Shown here: piece by piece, positions 60,014-64,000 of the stretch | How positions within the stretch are numbered: the stretch's first letter is position 1 | Layout of the letters: each line of letters opens with the position of its first letter | Made by a program: the position numbers and the translations under genes | Notes under the pieces: generated by a model | Seen by the model: only the letters and a program-made list of their open reading frames with translations | What the model was told of the DNA's origin: nothing | Databases searched by the model: none | DNA from: the human T2T-CHM13v2.0 reference genome, Homo sapiens | NCBI RefSeq assembly: GCF_009914755.1 | Contig: NC_060937.1 | Direction: 5' to 3' (one strand) | DNA: 64,000 nt

Positions 60014-62338
60014 TGATATGGTTTGGCTGTGTGCCCACTCAAATCTCACCTTGAATCATAGCTCCCATAGTTCCCACATTTGTGGGAGAGACCCAGTGGG
60101 AGATAACTGAGTCATGGGGCTCCCATACTGTTCCCCCATAGTGTTCTTGTGGTAGTGAATACTTCTCATGAGATCTGATGGCTTTATAAGGGGAACACCT
60201 TTCACTTGGATCTCATTCTCCACTTCCACCATCCGTAAAGGGAATGACATGCTCCTGCTTGTCTTCTGCCATGATTGTGTGGACTCCCCAGCCACTTGGA
60301 ACTGTGAGTCTATTAAACCTCTTTCCTTTATAAATTACCCAGTTTTGGGTATGTCTTTATTAACAGCAGGAGAACAGACTAATACAGTAAATTGTTGCCA
60401 GTAGAGTGGGGTGCTTTGTAAAGATAATCAAAAATGTGGAAGCAACTTTGGAACTGGGTAATAGGCAGAGTTTGGAACAGTTTGGAGGACTCAGAAGAAG
60501 ACAGGAAAATGTGGGAAAGTTTGGAACTTTCTAGAGACTTAAATGGCTTTGACCAAAAGGCTGATAATGATATAGACAATGAAGTCCAGGCTGAGATGGT
60601 CTCAGATGAAGATCAGCAACTTGTTGGGAACTGGAGTAAAGGTGACTCTTGCTAAGTTTCAGCAAAGAGACTGGTGGCATTTTGTCCCTACCTTAGAGAT
60701 TTGTGGAATTTTAACTTGAGGGAGATGATTTAGGGTATCTGGTGGAAGGAATTTCTAAGCAGCAAAGCATTCAAGAGGTGACCTGGTGCTGTTAAAAGCA
60801 TTCAGTTTTAAAAGGGAAATAGAGCATAAAAGTTTGGAAAATTTGCACCCTGACGATCACATAGAAAAGAAAAATCCATTTTCTGAGGAGAAATTCAAGC
60901 CAGCTGTAGAAATTTGTGGAAGTAACGAGGAGCCAAATGTTAATAGCCAAGACAATGGGGAAAATGTCTCCAGGACATGTTGAGGTCTTCACAGCAGGCC
61001 CTCCCATCACAGGCCTGAAAACCTAGGAGGAAAACATGGTTTCATGGACCAGGCACAGGGCCTCCCTGCTCTGTGCAGCCTAGGGACTCTGTGCCCTGCA
61101 TCCCAGCCCCTCCAGCCATGGATAAAAGTGGCAAAGGTACAGCTTTGGTGTTGTTTCAGAAGGTGCAAACCCCAAGCCTTGGCAACTTCCATGTGGTGTT
61201 GAGCCTGAGGAGGTAGGAAAGTTAACAATTGAAGTTTGGGAACCTCCAGGTATATTTCAGAGGATGTATGGAAATGCCTAGATGCCCAGGCAATAGTTTA
61301 CTACAGGGTTGGGGCCCTCATGAAGAACCTCTGCTAGGGCAGTGTGGAAGGAAAATGTGGGGGCAAAGTCCCCACACAGAGCTCCTACTGGGGCATTGCC
61401 TAGTGGAGCTGTGAGAAGAGGGCGACGTTCCTCCAGACCCCAGAATAGTAGATCCACTGACACCTTGCACCGTGCACCTGGAAAAGCCACAGACATTCAA
61501 TGCCAGCCCCTGAAAGCAGTTAGGAAGAGGGGTATTTCCTGGAAAGCCAAAGGGGGCAGAGCTGCCCAAGGCCATTGGAGCTTACCTCTTGCATCAGCAT
61601 GACCTGGATGTGAGAGATGGAGTCAAAGGAGATCATCATGAAGCTTTAAGACTTGACTGCCCCACTGGATTTCAGATTTGCGTGGGTCCTTTAGCCCCTT
61701 GATTTTGGCCAATTTATCTCATTTGGAATGGGTGTATTTATCCAATGCCTGTTCCTCCATCATGTCTAAGAAGTAACTAACTTGCTTTGTTTTTACAGGT
61801 TCTTAGGTGTAAGGGACGTGCCTTGTCTCAGATGAGACTTTTGGACTGTAGACTTTTGAGTTAATGATGAAATGAGTTAAGATTTTGGGAGACTGTTGGG
61901 AAGGTATGATTAGTTTTGAAATGGGAGAACATGAGATTTAAGAGGGGCCCTGGGCAGAATGGTATGGTTTATATGTGTACCCACCCAAATCTTATCTTGA
62001 ATTGTAGCTCCCACAATTCCTGAGTGTAGTGGGAGGGACCAGTGATAGGTAATCGAATCATGGGGTTGGCCTTTCTCATGCTGTTCTCGTGATAGTGAGT
62101 AAGTCTCATGAGATTATGTCTCATCTCATCTCATGATGGTTTTGTAAAGGCGAGTCCCCCTGTACTTTCTGTCTTTTCTGCTGCCATGTAAGATGTGCCT
62201 TTGCTTCTCCTTCACCTCCACCGTGCTTGTAAGGCCTCCTCAGCTGTGTGCAACTGTAAGTCCATTAAACCTCTTTCCCGTATAAATTACCCAGTCTCAG
62301 GTATATCTTTATTAGCAATGTGAGAACAGGCTAAAACA
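60014..62338 (+). mobile_element. Full-length THE1 MaLR: 5' LTR 60014-60386, internal 60387-61959, 3' LTR 61960-62338
   Basis: tgatatggtttggctg...ctaataca; internal region intact; perfect 5-bp TSD tgcac. Confidence 0.95.
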
Positions 62339-63129
62339 TGCACCTAATAGATAAAATAGATTAAAGTGGTACAGTTATTGATAGTGATAAATACTGTTGT
62401 TACATGAGAAAAAAATTTTCACCAAAAGACATAATTTCATAACGCTAAGCTTTCAAAAATACACCTTCAGATATATAAAGCCCAGATAAAAATAAATTGA
62501 TCACTTTTTAAATCATCTATATATAGTTCTACTTTAGAGCTTCTCCATAGATCAAGGAGAGAAAATGCTCTATAAGGACAGAGAGGATTTGAAAACCTCT
62601 ATCAACTTTACTGGCCTAATGGATATATTGAACCATGTAATAAGCAAATGGAGATACTTCTTGCATAAAACTCTAGCTAACTGAGACATTTTATTAGGTG
62701 TTTGGAACACAAGAACTATATGTTATCAATTACCTGTACTGTTTCTCATTTTCCTTTAAAAGTTGAAAGAGTTTTCTACATAGAACACATCCATTATTTT
62801 CTAGTACATGTAGCTGATGATCGATATGATTCCAAAGACCCAATATAGTATTCACAAAGTGTCTCAAATACCAGGATAAACTACATCTCACATTAATAGA
62901 AAGTTACAATAAACAAATTTAATCTTTAATTATAAAAAATAAGACAATTATTAATGACTTGTTTCTATGTGCCTGAAATAAATTCATATTGCCTAGGTAC
63001 CTTGTGAATAATGTAACTTTATGCATCTTAGTAGCTATATATAATAAATTATTTATTTCTCCTGAATTAAATTCTTGGCTCTTCAAATGATTAATTAGGT
63101 GACACAAATATTCTGAATATTTTTAAAAA

Positions 63130-63960
63130 TAATTTATTAGATTGGTAGATCTATTTAATCTCATCTATTTAATACAAATAACAAATATTTGCTATTGACT
63201 GAAGTGTATCAGATACTGGACCTTGAATCCTGGGGTACAGATAGGACTATGGCAAGAAACAACCTTTAAATATGTACTGCTTTCAACATTCAAATTAGGG
63301 AAGTGTGGGAGAGAAAATAAGTTTTTAATATGTTAAATTGTGCTGGTTATAATACAAATATGCTAAAGTGGGACAGAGATTAATGGGATTATGCATTTCA
63401 TAATATGGTTATGGAAGACAATGATGAGGTGGACCTGCAGGAACTGTGATTGCATGCTTCCAGGGAAAATTAATAGCATGTTTGGTGTGTCTTAATGTCA
63501 AAGAATATATGAGGAAAACTGGAGGAAAATGAAGAATGGGGAGTAATAAGCCAATACCAGAGAAGACTGAAAGAGTAGGGAAGAGACTTTGTGTTTCACT
63601 CGTATAAATAGAAATGAAGTGGTGAATTTTGAGCAAAAATATGATATGCAGTAAACAATGTTATGAGTATCACTATACCTGCTGTGAAGATTATTGAATG
63701 TAAGGGGGGAAATATGGATGTAGAACTATTATATACATTTTTTCATTATTTATGAGGAATAATGTAGACTTAGGAAAAAATGTTAGAAGAACCTGATTTA
63801 AAGCTGTCTAATCTGGATATGTTTTGATAATAGAGCCCACAGGATTTGCTCATGAATAGATATGGTGTGCAAGAGCAAGAAGCAGAAAACTTTTGATGTG
63901 AGCACATTAAAAAAGGGGGTCATGGATTTTTAAAAATGGAAAGCTAAAGAGAAGCAGATA
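63130..63960 (-). mobile_element. Decayed L2
   Basis: acaaatatttgctattgact...gtgtatcagatactg...ggatatgttttg...agagcccacaggatttgctcatgaatagatatgg. Confidence 0.65.
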
Positions 63961-64000
63961 CTAAAGGCCAATACAGTACACTTCTGTTGTTTAACAAGAT

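Overview
AT-rich, gene-poor primate genomic DNA, almost certainly human given an AluYb8 and a pre-Ta L1HS. I can support no cellular protein-coding gene, tRNA, rRNA or CRISPR array. Much of the window is interspersed repeat: 15 Alus, old and young L1s, two full THE1 (MaLR) proviruses, several solo LTRs, ERVL-like internal remnants, DNA transposon relics, and MIR/L2 fragments. Nearly all ORF-track entries are repeat-derived or chance ORFs; the only long one (45052-46092) is decayed L1 ORF2. The highlights are: (1) an L1PA5/6-like twin-priming insertion with about 176 bp of foreign, L2-derived DNA at its inversion junction, all inside one 16-bp TSD; (2) a frameshift-free relic of an ancient L2-clade ORF2 C-terminus overlapping an RFX X-box; (3) two human-specific insertions; (4) a THE1 with discordant LTRs but a perfect TSD; (5) a chimeric AluSx/AluY; (6) a four-level nested transposon stack. 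Subfamily names come from remembered consensus sequences and need RepeatMasker/Dfam confirmation.
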